Positions 20,320 through 30,888 of a stretch of 64,000 bases of DNA are shown in pieces. The translations under genes were made by a program, and so were the position numbers. This DNA is from a candidate division FCPU426 bacterium (GTDB lineage Bacteria > Oederibacteriota > Muellerivitia > Muellerivitales > Muellerivitaceae), in the NCBI GenBank assembly GCA_963771075.1, contig CAVYSE010000007.1:160001-224000 (forward strand), written 5' to 3'. A model generated the notes under the pieces. It was not told the origin of the DNA, made no database searches, and saw nothing but the letters and a program-made list of their open reading frames with translations. Positions within the stretch are counted from its first letter, which is position 1; each line of letters starts with the position of its first letter.

Positions 20320-21056
20320 TCTTCAAAGACAAGGTAGCGGTAGTCACAGGAGGCAGCCGGGGTATTGGAAAGACGATCGCCCTCGGATTGGCCAAGGGGG
20401 GAGCCTCGGTGGCCATTTGCAGCAACGTTCCGGAGGGGATGGATGAGACGGTCAAGGAAATCGAATCCTTTGGAGTGAAGGGGTTGTCCTGTTTAACGGA
20501 CGTGTCCAAAGGCGTCGACGTGGAAGCTTTTGCGGCCAAGGTGCTCGAGACTTTCGGAAAGGTCGATATCCTGGTCAACAACGCGGGCATTACGCGCGAT
20601 AACCTGATGCTTCGCATGACGGAGTCGGATTGGGATCTGGTGCTATCCATCAATTTAAAAAGCGCGTTTCTTGTCACGAAAGAGTTCGTGAAACCGATGA
20701 TGAAGGCCCGCTCGGGACGCATCGTTAACATTGCCTCGGTGGTGGGGGTGCGCGGGAACGCGGGGCAGGCCAATTACTCCGCCAGCAAGGCCGGGTTGAT
20801 CGGTTTGACCAAAACCACCGCTCGGGAATTCGCGAGCCGCAACGTCAATTGCAACGCGGTGGCGCCTGGGTATATCCAAACGCAGATGACCCAGGCCTTA
20901 AACGAGAAAGCCAAGGAAGCCCTGTTGAAAGAGATTCCCTTGGGTCGGCTGGGTGAAACGGAAGATGTAGCCCAGGCGGTCATGTTTCTAGCCTCCGATG
21001 CCGCCCGTTATATCACTGGACAAGTGATTTGCGTTGACGGGGGAATGGTGATATAA
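20316..21056 (+). CDS. fabG: 3-oxoacyl-ACP reductase
   Basis: TGGSRGIG, NNAGITRD, YSASK; ATGA overlap with fabD. Confidence 0.96.
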   Translation: MIFKDKVAVVTGGSRGIGKTIALGLAKGGASVAICSNVPEGMDETVKEIESFGVKGLSCLTDVSKGVDVEAFAAKVLETFGKVDILVNNAGITRDNLMLRMTESDWDLVLSINLKSAFLVTKEFVKPMMKARSGRIVNIASVVGVRGNAGQANYSASKAGLIGLTKTTAREFASRNVNCNAVAPGYIQTQMTQALNEKAKEALLKEIPLGRLGETEDVAQAVMFLASDAARYITGQVICVDGGMVI

Positions 21057-21137
21057 GAAACTGCTTTTTCGACTGGAAAAGGCAGCGGATGAGGGATGTT
21101 TGGCGGTGAGCCGTTAATAATTCAGGAGGTTGTTTCA

Positions 21138-21374
21138 ATGGCAATTGAAGATAAGGTGAAAGAAATTATCGTGGATCAGCTGGGAGTCGAAGCGGAGCAG
21201 GTAAAGCCGGAAGCTTCCTTCGTGGACGATTTGGGCGCTGATTCCCTGGACACGGTGGAGTTGGTCATGGCTTTTGAGGAAGAGTTTGACCTGGAAATTC
21301 CCGACGAGGACGCTGAAAAGATCAAGTCCGTCGGTGACGCCATCAATTACATTAAATCCAAGGCATCGGAATAA
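21138..21374 (+). CDS. acpP: Acyl carrier protein
   Basis: [23 protein letters not shown]. Confidence 0.98.
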   Translation: MAIEDKVKEIIVDQLGVEAEQVKPEASFVDDLGADSLDTVELVMAFEEEFDLEIPDEDAEKIKSVGDAINYIKSKASE

Positions 21375-21403
21375 TCCCGACCGCCGTTTTTTAGGAGGAT
21401 TTC

Positions 21404-22648
21404 TTGAAACGTGTCGTCGTAACCGGCCTCGGGGCAATCACGCCGAACGGTAACAATCCCGAAGAATTCTTTAAGAATATTTGCGATGGAAAGAGTGGGA
21501 TAGCCCCCGTGACGCGTTTTGACACGTCCCGGATTCCTTGCAAAATTGGCGGGGAAGTCAAGGGATTCGACCCGGTTCAGTTTGGGATCCAAAAAAAAGA
21601 CCTCAAAAAAATGGATTATTTTGTCCAATATGCCGTGGCGGCTTCCCTCCAGGCCGTGGCGGACGCGAAGTTGGACCTATCAAAGGAAGATCCGACCCGT
21701 ATCGGTGTCCTGATCGGCTCGGGTATCGGGGGTCTGCCGGTTTTAGTCGAGCAGCATACCCGACTCTTGGAAAAGGGGCCGGATCGGGTTTCACCCTTTT
21801 TGATTCCCATGATGATCATCAATATGGCTTCCGGCATGGTGGCGATTTATCTCCAAGCCCAGGGACCTAATACCGGAACCGTTTCGGCTTGCGCCTCGGG
21901 CGCCCATGGAATTGGTGAAGCCACCCGGTGGATCCAAAACGGGGACGCGGATGTGGTGATCGCGGGAGGAACGGAAGGTTGTATTACCGAATTGGGATAC
22001 GCCGGTTTTTCCAACATGCACGCCCTTTGCACCGATGGAAACGATCATCCCACCAAAGCCAGCCGTCCATTCGACCTGAATCGGTCCGGCTTCGTGATGG
22101 GAGAAGGCGCCGGTGTGGTGGTTTTGGAATCCCTTGAACACGCACAAGCCCGGGGAGCCCGGATCTACGCCGAAGCGGCCGGTTACGGCATGACCTGCGA
22201 CGCCTATCATATGACCACCCCTGCGGAGGACGGAGCGGGCGCGGCCCGTTCCATGGCCCTGGCCCTGAAAGACGCGGGAATCAATCCCGACCAAGTGGAT
22301 TACATCAACGCCCATGGGACCTCCACCCCTTACAACGATAAATTCGAAACCATGGCCATCAAGACGGTTTTTAAGGATCACGCGAAAAAAGTAGCTATTT
22401 CCTCCACCAAGTCCACCACGGGCCATTTGTTGGGCGCCGCGGGTGGGATTGAGTACGTGGCTTGTGTCTTGGCCATCAATCAGAGTGTTCTGCCGCCTAC
22501 GATTAACATGGAAACCCCGGATCCGGAGTGTGATTTGGATTATATTCCCAATGTCAAACGGGAAAAGCCGGTGACACTTTGCCTTTCCAATTCCCTGGGT
22601 TTTGGGGGCCACAATGTCTCTCTCGTTGTTAAAAAGTTTAATTCCTAG
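21404..22648 (+). CDS. fabF: Beta-ketoacyl-ACP synthase II
   Basis: RVVVTGLG, SACASG, INAHGTST, TGHLLGAAG, GFGGHN. Confidence 0.97.
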   Translation: MKRVVVTGLGAITPNGNNPEEFFKNICDGKSGIAPVTRFDTSRIPCKIGGEVKGFDPVQFGIQKKDLKKMDYFVQYAVAASLQAVADAKLDLSKEDPTRIGVLIGSGIGGLPVLVEQHTRLLEKGPDRVSPFLIPMMIINMASGMVAIYLQAQGPNTGTVSACASGAHGIGEATRWIQNGDADVVIAGGTEGCITELGYAGFSNMHALCTDGNDHPTKASRPFDLNRSGFVMGEGAGVVVLESLEHAQARGARIYAEAAGYGMTCDAYHMTTPAEDGAGAARSMALALKDAGINPDQVDYINAHGTSTPYNDKFETMAIKTVFKDHAKKVAISSTKSTTGHLLGAAGGIEYVACVLAINQSVLPPTINMETPDPECDLDYIPNVKREKPVTLCLSNSLGFGGHNVSLVVKKFNS

Positions 22649-23421
22649 TTCCCGTAAGAAATCCCCCGATGGGGAACCGGTCGAGAAAGTCCGATTGGCC
22701 GAATTAAAGGACCTCTCCCGCCGTTTAGGCGTTCCCCTGGGAAATCCAACCCTCCTGAACGAAGCTTTGACCCACAAATCTTTTTCCTATGAACGCAAGC
22801 TGAACGCCCAAAGAAACAATGAAAAACTAGAGTTTTTGGGAGATTCGGTATTGGGGTTGATCGTCTCCCAATACGTATTTGAGACCTTTCCGGAAGTGAC
22901 CGAGGGTGGACTTTCCAAGGTGAAAAGCGTGGTGGTCAGCGCACAGGTTTTGGGAGAAAAAGCCAGGGGATTGGACCTGGGGCGTTTTTTGAGGCTGGGG
23001 AAAGGGGAAGAAAAAACCGGTGGTAAAAATCGGCCTTCCCTATTGGCGGACGCATTGGAAGCGGTGATTGGAGCCGTGTATTTGACATATGGGCTGGAGA
23101 TGGCCGGAAAACTCGTTTTGAACCTTCTGAAGGAAGACATCGAGGGGGTTTTTACGGGGCGACTCGAAAAAGACCATAAAACCTTATTGCAGGAGTATTT
23201 TCAAAAAACGAGAAAATTGCGCTCCCCATTATGAAATGGTGAAAGAATGGGGACCGGATCACAATCGCAGTTTCGAAGTGGCGTGCAAGGTGGAAGGGAA
23301 AAGAATCGGCCAGGGGGTCGGTAAGAGCAAAAAAGAAGCGGAGCAATTGGCCGCCCAAGAGGCGATCCGCGTTTTAGGGGTCGTGGTCACCACCCCGCAA
23401 GATCACCGAGTGAATCGTTAA
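22602..23421 (+). CDS. rnc: Ribonuclease III, with a frameshift near 23220 separating the dsRBD (probable sequencing indel)
   Basis: NEKLEFLGDSVL and LADALEAVIGA, then P-H-Y-E...GPDH...GKSKKEAEQLAA in another frame; start uncertain. Confidence 0.9.
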
Positions 23422-23432
23422 GGAGGCCTTTA

Positions 23433-23687
23433 ATGGCGAAAACCGTGGGAACCACTTTTTTATTCATTCTATTGGGAGGCATATTGGGCGGATATCTTGG
23501 CGAATTAATGGCGCTCTTGATACCGACAGGGTTCTTCCACGATCTTTTCACCAAGGGTTTTTCCCTGGGGTTTAACGACCCCCTCGTCTTCAATTTGCGG
23601 ATTATCGTGCTGACTTTCGGCGTGAAGATTTTCTTGAATCTTTTCGGCCTTTTAGGAATGATCACCGGATTGTTCATCGCAAAATAG
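23433..23687 (+). CDS. Small membrane protein (DUF4321-like)
   Basis: 83-84 aa hydrophobic protein with GGILG and 'LTFG...NLFGLLG'; upstream of maf as is typical. Confidence 0.75.
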   Translation: MAKTVGTTFLFILLGGILGGYLGELMALLIPTGFFHDLFTKGFSLGFNDPLVFNLRIIVLTFGVKIFLNLFGLLGMITGLFIAK

Positions 23688-23690
23688 GAA

Positions 23691-24287
23691 ATGGTTCTGA
23701 AAAAAACACTTCTGCTGGCCTCCCAATCCCCCCGGCGTCGGGCCATTTTGAACTTTTGGGGCATCCCCTTTCGAGCCGTTCCGCCCCATCAAATCAACGA
23801 AAAAGCATTCCCGGGCGAATCGCCCCGCCATTTGGTCAGCCGATTGGCCCTTCAAAAGGCCTCGCGAATTTCGAGAAGATTTTCAAACTATTTCGTGTTG
23901 GGAGCGGATACGGTCGTTGTATCGAAAGGGAAGATCCTGGGAAAACCCTTGGATTTAAGGGAAGCCTTCGGAATGATTCAAGGCCTTTCCATTCGACCCC
24001 ATTTTGTTCATACCGGTGTTGCGTTGCTGGGCCCGAAGGGGAAAAAAATAGGGATTCATGTTGAAACTTCAAGGATGGTTTTTCACGCTTTAACCCGGAA
24101 GGTGATCGAAACCTACGTCCGATCCTCCGAACCTTATGACAAGGCGGGTGCCTATGATATTCGGGGGTCCGCAGGAAAATGGGTCTCCCAAATGAATGGG
24201 GATTGTTTCAATGTGATGGGATTACCCTCCCAATGGCTCATGACCCATTTGAAGGCGATGGGTATTATTCCGTTAAGAAGGTCTTAA
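23691..24287 (+). CDS. maf: Maf family nucleotide pyrophosphatase
   Basis: LASQSPRR, GADTVV, ILGKP, DKAGAY, NVMGLP. Confidence 0.93.
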   Translation: MVLKKTLLLASQSPRRRAILNFWGIPFRAVPPHQINEKAFPGESPRHLVSRLALQKASRISRRFSNYFVLGADTVVVSKGKILGKPLDLREAFGMIQGLSIRPHFVHTGVALLGPKGKKIGIHVETSRMVFHALTRKVIETYVRSSEPYDKAGAYDIRGSAGKWVSQMNGDCFNVMGLPSQWLMTHLKAMGIIPLRRS

Positions 24288-25731
24288 CATGGAGTTCTTT
24301 CCGCTTGGACTCCAAAAAATCCTTCAACCATTGGGCCACACGATCCTTTTTGAACGTTTCTAAAACTTTAGGCATTTCCAAAGGATCGTCCTTTTTAAAG
24401 TCTTGTGAGGGTTTTACATCGGAAATTTGAAAGAAACATTGATTATCCCCGATGGAAAGGGGACCTTTCCATTGCCCCAGGAAAAGATCGCTGAGGGCGC
24501 CCGCCGCCGTGAGGGAATCCTTCATTTGGGGTATGCCGGCCCTTCGATTAAACCAAGGCGTTTGAACGACCGTCAGGGAAAGTTCTTTTCCAATCTGATC
24601 CAAGTTTTCATTCATCTGAAGTTTGGTGCCGATTTGACTGGCGATCCCTAAAAGCTGATTGGCGCCCTTTTCTTGCCGGTATTGTTTTTCGACCTTTGAG
24701 CGAACCTCCGAATAGGTACTCTTGTGGGCGTTTTGATAGTCTTCCAATTGAATGAGGTGATATCCGAATTTAGTCTGGACCGGGTGGGATAATTCGCCTT
24801 TTTTCAGGCGGAAAAGGGTATCGTCGAATTCTTTAACCGTCCCGCCCTTATCCAGCCATCCCAATTCGCCCCCTTTGCTTTTGCTGCCGGGGTCTTGGGA
24901 AAATTGATTGGCGGCTTGAGAGAAAGTCGTTTTTCCCGCGAGAATTTGGGAACGCAAATCCTCCAGGGTTTGCTTGGCTTTCGCCTGATCCGCAGGGCTA
25001 GCGGTCGAAGGCACGCTGATGAGGATATGGCGGGCTTTGGCCTGCTCCTTAAGGTCATAACGTTCACGGTGAGAATCATAGTAATCCTTGAGATCGCCTT
25101 CATTGGCCGGGACTTTTTTCTCGTAAAACGCGGGACTCAAACTAATGAAATTGGCTTTTAAATCCCGGTTCAGGAATGCCTGATAACGCTCCACGTCGGA
25201 AGGGGTGTATAGATAACTTTCACTCAACAGCCCCTGGATCTTTTGAATGAGCATTTCCCGCTGTTGGGATGCTTCGAATTGGGCGGGGGTGAGGTTGTTT
25301 TGGTTAAGGATTTTAAAGTAAGTGTTTGCGTCGAATTTTCCGTTCTCGTCCTGGAAATAGGGCGACCTTTGAATGGCCGTTGCGACGTCATCCATTGAAA
25401 TGGTTACGCCCAAATTGCGGGCAGTCGTATCCAATATGGTTTGGTCAATTAATTGATCCAAAACACGTTGTTTTAAATGCTTGGTTTGCTCTTGGGTCGG
25501 CTCTATTTCCCCGCGGCCAAACAAATTTTCATAGGCGGGTTGATAGGCTTTGTCAAAATCGGCGTAGGTAATCTTGTCTTCACCTATTTGGGCGATGGTA
25601 TTGGGGTCGCGATTATCGCCTTTTACCCAAAATCGGCTTGTCCCTAAGAAAAGAAATCCGACGACAAAAGCGGCGATCAGCAGCCACAAGATGACCTGCA
25701 TTGTTTTTTTATCCCGCAATTGGCGCATCAT
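24265..25731 (-). CDS. PpiD/SurA-family peptidyl-prolyl isomerase
   Basis: N-terminal TM, SurA-N region, rotamase motifs ARHILI, SQDPGSKSKGGELG, TKFGYHLI. Confidence 0.9.
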   Translation of the reverse strand: MMRQLRDKKTMQVILWLLIAAFVVGFLFLGTSRFWVKGDNRDPNTIAQIGEDKITYADFDKAYQPAYENLFGRGEIEPTQEQTKHLKQRVLDQLIDQTILDTTARNLGVTISMDDVATAIQRSPYFQDENGKFDANTYFKILNQNNLTPAQFEASQQREMLIQKIQGLLSESYLYTPSDVERYQAFLNRDLKANFISLSPAFYEKKVPANEGDLKDYYDSHRERYDLKEQAKARHILISVPSTASPADQAKAKQTLEDLRSQILAGKTTFSQAANQFSQDPGSKSKGGELGWLDKGGTVKEFDDTLFRLKKGELSHPVQTKFGYHLIQLEDYQNAHKSTYSEVRSKVEKQYRQEKGANQLLGIASQIGTKLQMNENLDQIGKELSLTVVQTPWFNRRAGIPQMKDSLTAAGALSDLFLGQWKGPLSIGDNQCFFQISDVKPSQDFKKDDPLEMPKVLETFKKDRVAQWLKDFLESKRKELHVKTFLTE

Positions 25732-25906
25732 GGAATTTGCTCCCGGTCTTTAGAATAGGCAGAAAAGGTGAAAAACTCGCGCATTATAACAGTAAATTAC
25801 GGTCCCGCAACGTTGAAGCGCTACCATTGGAGCCCTATGGGATCGGCAATGGAATGGGTGTTTTCAATTGATTTTGTCCTGAAGCGGGGTGACCCTCACG
25901 GCTTCT

Positions 25907-25937
25907 TTGACACGGGTTTCATCGCACATGTTATAAT
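25907..25937 (+). promoter_or_regulatory. Putative extended -10 promoter for the PorV-OmpA operon
   Basis: TTGACA ... TGnTATAAT; spacer is 19 bp, longer than ideal. Confidence 0.5.
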
Positions 25938-25966
25938 CCGTCAAAACCTTCAAGTACCGGGTTTAC

Positions 25967-27712
25967 ATGCCTTATTTCACACTATCGAGTTGTTTTCTAC
26001 TCCTTGTGGTTCTTTTTTCCCCCTTTGTTTGTCCTTCCCTTTGCCAAGCCGATAGTATCAGTACGAGCGGGGTTCAGTTTTTGCAGATACCGACCGGTGT
26101 TCGGGGCGCGGGCATGGGCGGGGCCTTTACGGCAGTGGCGGACGATGCCACGGCCTCTTATTGGAATAGCGCCGGACTTTCACAATTAGAACATTTTCAA
26201 ATTAACCTGCAGCATATCGCCTATTTGGCGGGAACCAATTATGAGTTCATCGCGGGTGCCCTCCCCTTGAAGCCGGGAAGTACCTTGGGATTAAGCGCCA
26301 GCTATGATTATGTTTCCCCGTTCAATTCCACCAATAATCCGTCAGCGGTTCCTGGAAGCGCCAGCGACCTCGCGGTTGATTTGGGCTATGGTCAAACCTT
26401 TAGTCCGAATGTTTCTCTCGGTATGGGAGCGAAATTCATCAACAGCAATCTGCTTACCTATTCCGCCACTGGCGAGGCCTTGGACGGGGGTATCCTGTTA
26501 TCCACGGATCAAAGGGATTTTTCCCTGGGCCTTTCGGTCCAAAACATCGGACAGCTTTCCAGCTTTTCGCAATATTCCGCCCAAGAATATCTTCCCATGA
26601 CTTACCGAGTGGGCTTGGCTTATCGATTTCAACCCCGAAACACCCCGCAGTTAACCTTGGCCTTCGATTGGCTCAAATCCATTGATAGTGATCCTGTTTA
26701 TGCGGGAGGGGGTGAATTTTGTTTTGAAATGGATCGTGTTTCATTCGCTTTGAGAGGGGGATACAGCTTTGATGACTCCAACCAAGATTTGGAAGGGTTG
26801 TCGGGCGCTTCTTTGGGGGCGGGCGTGAAGTTCCAGGGATGGGAACTGGATTATGCATTAATCCCATTCGGGACATTGGGGAACACCCAGCGGTTTTCCA
26901 TTACTTTTGAACTCATTCCGGAAGATAAAAAGCAACCTTTGCCTTCGCCCGTATCGGTGCATGTCCAACCCTCGGTCGCGGATACCAAGACGGGATCCAT
27001 CCAACAAGCGACCATCGAGTTGAAACCATCCGCCCGCACCGAAATTAATAACTGGACGTTGGAAATCACGGATCCCAAGGGAAATATCCTTCGAACCTAT
27101 GCTGGAAAGGGAGTCCCCCCAAGGGAAATCGCTTGGGATGGAAAGGATTCCACGGAGAATGTAGTGGCCGGAGGGATCTTTGCCCGTTATAACCTCAGGA
27201 CGGTTGATACGAAGGGACAGGAAGTAACCGCACGCGGTGCTTTGTTTGAAGTATCCCCCCTTCAAGTCAACGAAAGGGAAAGACCGAATTCCGCGACCGA
27301 GATCCTAACCCATGTAAAACCCGGCATTCCCCCATTGCCTTCCACCGTCCAACCCTTGGGTTTATCGGGGGTCCTGAAAATTCCAAGTATCCCTTTTGAG
27401 GAGGGACGATCGGTCTTACAACGAAGTTTTGAACCCTATTTGGATCAAGTTGCGCAGTTAATCCGGAAATATCCCCACGCAAGGGTTTATATCGAGGGGC
27501 ACTCGGATGGCGAGGGTAACGAGGAAGAATCCCTGCGGCTCTCGCAATATAGGGCGGATGCGGTGATGAGATTTTTGGTGGAGGGCCCGAAAATCTCTCC
27601 GGCCAATCTTTACGCGCGGGGCCGCGGGTCCGCGGGGGCCATCGGTGTTTCGGGTACGGAACTCGCCCATCAACGCAACCGGAGAGTGGAAATCATCATT
27701 TTGACGAAATAA
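25967..27712 (+). CDS. PorV/PorQ-family outer-membrane barrel fused to FlgD-like Ig and OmpA-like peptidoglycan-binding domains
   Basis: Signal peptide; FLQIPTGVRGAGMGGAFTAVADDATASYWNSAGL; WTLEITDPKGNILR...WDGKD; IEGHSD...LSQYRADAV...NRRVEI. Confidence 0.8.
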   Translation: MPYFTLSSCFLLLVVLFSPFVCPSLCQADSISTSGVQFLQIPTGVRGAGMGGAFTAVADDATASYWNSAGLSQLEHFQINLQHIAYLAGTNYEFIAGALPLKPGSTLGLSASYDYVSPFNSTNNPSAVPGSASDLAVDLGYGQTFSPNVSLGMGAKFINSNLLTYSATGEALDGGILLSTDQRDFSLGLSVQNIGQLSSFSQYSAQEYLPMTYRVGLAYRFQPRNTPQLTLAFDWLKSIDSDPVYAGGGEFCFEMDRVSFALRGGYSFDDSNQDLEGLSGASLGAGVKFQGWELDYALIPFGTLGNTQRFSITFELIPEDKKQPLPSPVSVHVQPSVADTKTGSIQQATIELKPSARTEINNWTLEITDPKGNILRTYAGKGVPPREIAWDGKDSTENVVAGGIFARYNLRTVDTKGQEVTARGALFEVSPLQVNERERPNSATEILTHVKPGIPPLPSTVQPLGLSGVLKIPSIPFEEGRSVLQRSFEPYLDQVAQLIRKYPHARVYIEGHSDGEGNEEESLRLSQYRADAVMRFLVEGPKISPANLYARGRGSAGAIGVSGTELAHQRNRRVEIIILTK

Positions 27713-27727
27713 TTTCAGGAGGCGGAA

Positions 27728-28948
27728 TTGGGAATGAATACAAGAAAATTCGGGGTTCTCGGTGGTTTGATTTTAACCTTGGCTTTAGGCGGATGCCGGA
27801 TGTTTTCCGATTCGTTCGAGACCGTGGCTCAACTCGAGCAGAAAGGGGATCGGCCTCAAGCCTTGCTGGCTTATCAAAATTATCTGAACCATCATCCTCA
27901 TTCCGCCTTGACCTCGAAAATATATTTAAAGATGGCCGAATTGAATCAGGAGGGTTCTCACTACGATTCGGCGATTACTTGGTATCAAAGGGTGGTCAAT
28001 GAATTTCCGGATTCGATCGAAGCCCCCCAAGCGTTATTCGGCATCGCGGACTTGTATCGAAATCAACTTAGGGATCCCGCGAAGTCCGATGAATGGTCCG
28101 AAAAAGCCCTGTCGAGGTATTTGGCCGACCCCCAGGCCCGCGCAGCGGTTCAAACGGTGATTCTTTCAAAATTCAGTTCCGCCATGACCCTCTTCTATCA
28201 ACGAAAATATCCAGAGGCGGGCGAATTGGTTCGCGTATTAGTGGAAGGATATCCTTCCTCAATGGTACTGCCGGAACAAAGGGCGAAAGTGGAGGCGCTG
28301 AAGGACCGGATTCGAAGAGCAGAAATGATCGCGAACGGGGATTCCCTCTCAATTAAACTTTTATCCGAAACGCCGTTCAATATTAGTTTCTCGAATGATT
28401 TTACAACCGCTCCGGATGCACTGGATTCGGGACTCCTTTCCCCCGACGGCCAATACTTGATATCGCGCAAAAAGGCCAAAAACGACGTCTTCTATCTGTA
28501 TTTGGGGAAAGTCATGCCGGGCGCGAACGCCGTGACCTTTACCCTCTTACCCCAGACCTTCGGAGCGGAAGCGCCGGTTTGGGCCCCGGACAGCCAATCG
28601 TTGATTTTTGAAAGGGTCGTTGGGAAAAAACAAAAATTGGAAAAGCTGTCCATTGGGCAAAAAATCTTGAGGTCTCTTTTCTTTGCTCCCGCAAGCCGGA
28701 TCCCTGACATCGGGGTTCATCCGGCCTTTCATCCATCGGGCAACAAAATCGCGTTCGTTTTTGCGGGAAGGATTTGGGTCATGAATGCGGATGGATTGAA
28801 CAAATGCCAATTGAAAACCGCCCAAAAATTTGACTATACTTCGCAGTTGTCTTGGTCTTTCGACGGGACCCTGATTCGATGCAAACAATCCGGCACCCCT
28901 GCGGTTGACGAATTGTTAAACCTGGATTCGGCATTAAACTTTCCCTGA
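27728..28948 (+). CDS. Lipoprotein with BamD/CpoB-like TPRs and TolB-like beta-propeller repeats
   Basis: LGGC lipobox; TPRs (YQRVVNEFPDS); SPDG, WAPDS, FHPSG and WSFDG repeats. Confidence 0.75.
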   Translation: MGMNTRKFGVLGGLILTLALGGCRMFSDSFETVAQLEQKGDRPQALLAYQNYLNHHPHSALTSKIYLKMAELNQEGSHYDSAITWYQRVVNEFPDSIEAPQALFGIADLYRNQLRDPAKSDEWSEKALSRYLADPQARAAVQTVILSKFSSAMTLFYQRKYPEAGELVRVLVEGYPSSMVLPEQRAKVEALKDRIRRAEMIANGDSLSIKLLSETPFNISFSNDFTTAPDALDSGLLSPDGQYLISRKKAKNDVFYLYLGKVMPGANAVTFTLLPQTFGAEAPVWAPDSQSLIFERVVGKKQKLEKLSIGQKILRSLFFAPASRIPDIGVHPAFHPSGNKIAFVFAGRIWVMNADGLNKCQLKTAQKFDYTSQLSWSFDGTLIRCKQSGTPAVDELLNLDSALNFP

Positions 28949-28967
28949 AAATTTCGGAGGGCAGCCC

Positions 28968-30758
28968 ATGCGGGTTATTTTGTTTTTTCGCTGTTTATTA
29001 TTTTTATGCCTGATCGCGGCTTTTCCGGGATTGTTAAGGGCGGACGACGCCAAGATTCAGGCGCTCAAAGACGCGATCCGGGCAAATCCCAACGATTCGA
29101 CGGCTCATTTTAATTTGGGCGTAAGTTATTTGAAGGAAACCCAATATGACTTGGCGGCGCCTGAATTCGAAACTTGTGTCCATTTGAACTCGAAAGATGA
29201 CCAGTCGCGTGAACTCATGGAAAGTTGCCAAGGCATATCCGCTTTTTTAAAACAGGAATGCTCAAAGGCCATTGAACATTTTCAAAACGTCTTGAAAGTG
29301 AACCCCAAGAATAAGGATATATTAATTCCCCTTTATCAATGCCAATCCAAAATAGCAATGGACAATAAAAAGTACAAAGCCGCGGAAGAATCCCTGAATA
29401 ATATCCTGGCCTTGGACCCCAACAATTTAGAGGCTTTAACCAATTTGGGGTTTATCCATTACCAGAATAAAGACTTGAATGAAGCGGTGTCTTACTGGGA
29501 AAGGGCGGTTCTCATCCAGAAAGATGCCCGGCTCTTCAAGTACCTTGGCTATTCCAATTACAACCTGGGTCATTTCAAACAGGCGATCGACAACTACAAC
29601 CAATCGATTGAACTGGAATTGGCGAAGTCCCCGTCGGCGCAAGACGTCAATTCATTGGATGAAACTTACTATGACTTGGGAGAGGCCTATTTCGACAACA
29701 GCCTCTATGACGATGCGGAGGACGCCTTTGATCACGCCTTTATATATAACCCGAAGGACGCGAACGCCGCGATCATGAAAGCCCAGTCGATTGACGCCGC
29801 GACGAATTACCACATGGATAAGGGCAATCGGTCCCTTCTGAGCAACCAATACGCCGACGCCATTCGGGAATGGCAGAAAGTCCTTTTAGTTTCGCCGGAG
29901 AACAAGGATGCGAAACTATTTATCGAGGACGCTAATAAAAAAATAAATACCGAGGTCGAGAAACATTACCAGGCGGGGCTGCAATACGCCCAAAAGAAGC
30001 AAACCTTAAAAGCCCTGGATGAGTGGAACGCGGCTTTGGAGATGGATCCCGAAAATGCCAAGGTGAAAACCGCGATCGCGAATACAAAAACAAAAACGAG
30101 CGAGCAAGTGGGCGCCTTAACGTCGGAAGGGAATCGGTTGGTTTTGGAAAAAGATTACGTGGGGGCCTTGGGGAAATACCAAAAAGCCCAAACCATGAAT
30201 CCCGCCAGCGCGACCCTCCGCGCGAAAACGGGTAAGGTGAAAGCCGTTCAAGCTGCCGAACTCAAGAAACTTCTTGCGCTTTCCCAGTCGGAATTGACGA
30301 AAGGAAACCTGAAATCCGCCTTGTTGAATTTGGAAAACGCCTACCGGGTCGATCCCTCGAACGCGGAAGTGAAAGACGGCCTATTTAAAACCAAAAGGGA
30401 AATCCGCGGGAAAGTCGACAGCCTTTTAGCGGAAGGAACCTCGTTGTTTGACGCGGGGGATAAGCTAAAGTCCAAACAGAAATTCGAGGCGGTTTTATCC
30501 CTCGATCCGAACAATGAGAAAGCGAATGAATTTATCCAAAAGATGACTGGGCAACAGGCCCAAGAAAAGATCGACGCGGATAAAGTGAAGTCGCTTTACT
30601 ACGAAGGAGTGAACAATTATATTAACGGCAATATTCACGAAGCGGTTCAGAAATGGCAAGAATGCCTGAAACTGGATCCGTCCAACGTGAACGCCAAGGA
30701 AAATATCAACAAGGCGATGGCCAAGCTTCAATCCATTGAACAATTGAGCCATAATTGA
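28968..30758 (+). CDS. Secreted multi-TPR protein
   Basis: Signal peptide; many TPRs (AHFNLG, ALTNLG, LDPNN). Confidence 0.85.
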   Translation: MRVILFFRCLLFLCLIAAFPGLLRADDAKIQALKDAIRANPNDSTAHFNLGVSYLKETQYDLAAPEFETCVHLNSKDDQSRELMESCQGISAFLKQECSKAIEHFQNVLKVNPKNKDILIPLYQCQSKIAMDNKKYKAAEESLNNILALDPNNLEALTNLGFIHYQNKDLNEAVSYWERAVLIQKDARLFKYLGYSNYNLGHFKQAIDNYNQSIELELAKSPSAQDVNSLDETYYDLGEAYFDNSLYDDAEDAFDHAFIYNPKDANAAIMKAQSIDAATNYHMDKGNRSLLSNQYADAIREWQKVLLVSPENKDAKLFIEDANKKINTEVEKHYQAGLQYAQKKQTLKALDEWNAALEMDPENAKVKTAIANTKTKTSEQVGALTSEGNRLVLEKDYVGALGKYQKAQTMNPASATLRAKTGKVKAVQAAELKKLLALSQSELTKGNLKSALLNLENAYRVDPSNAEVKDGLFKTKREIRGKVDSLLAEGTSLFDAGDKLKSKQKFEAVLSLDPNNEKANEFIQKMTGQQAQEKIDADKVKSLYYEGVNNYINGNIHEAVQKWQECLKLDPSNVNAKENINKAMAKLQSIEQLSHN

Positions 30759-30783
30759 TCCGTCCATATCAGGCTGTTCATAA

Positions 30784-30860
<77 letters not shown>

Positions 30861-30888
30861 TTTTCCGCGAAGATACGGGGAGGATGGT

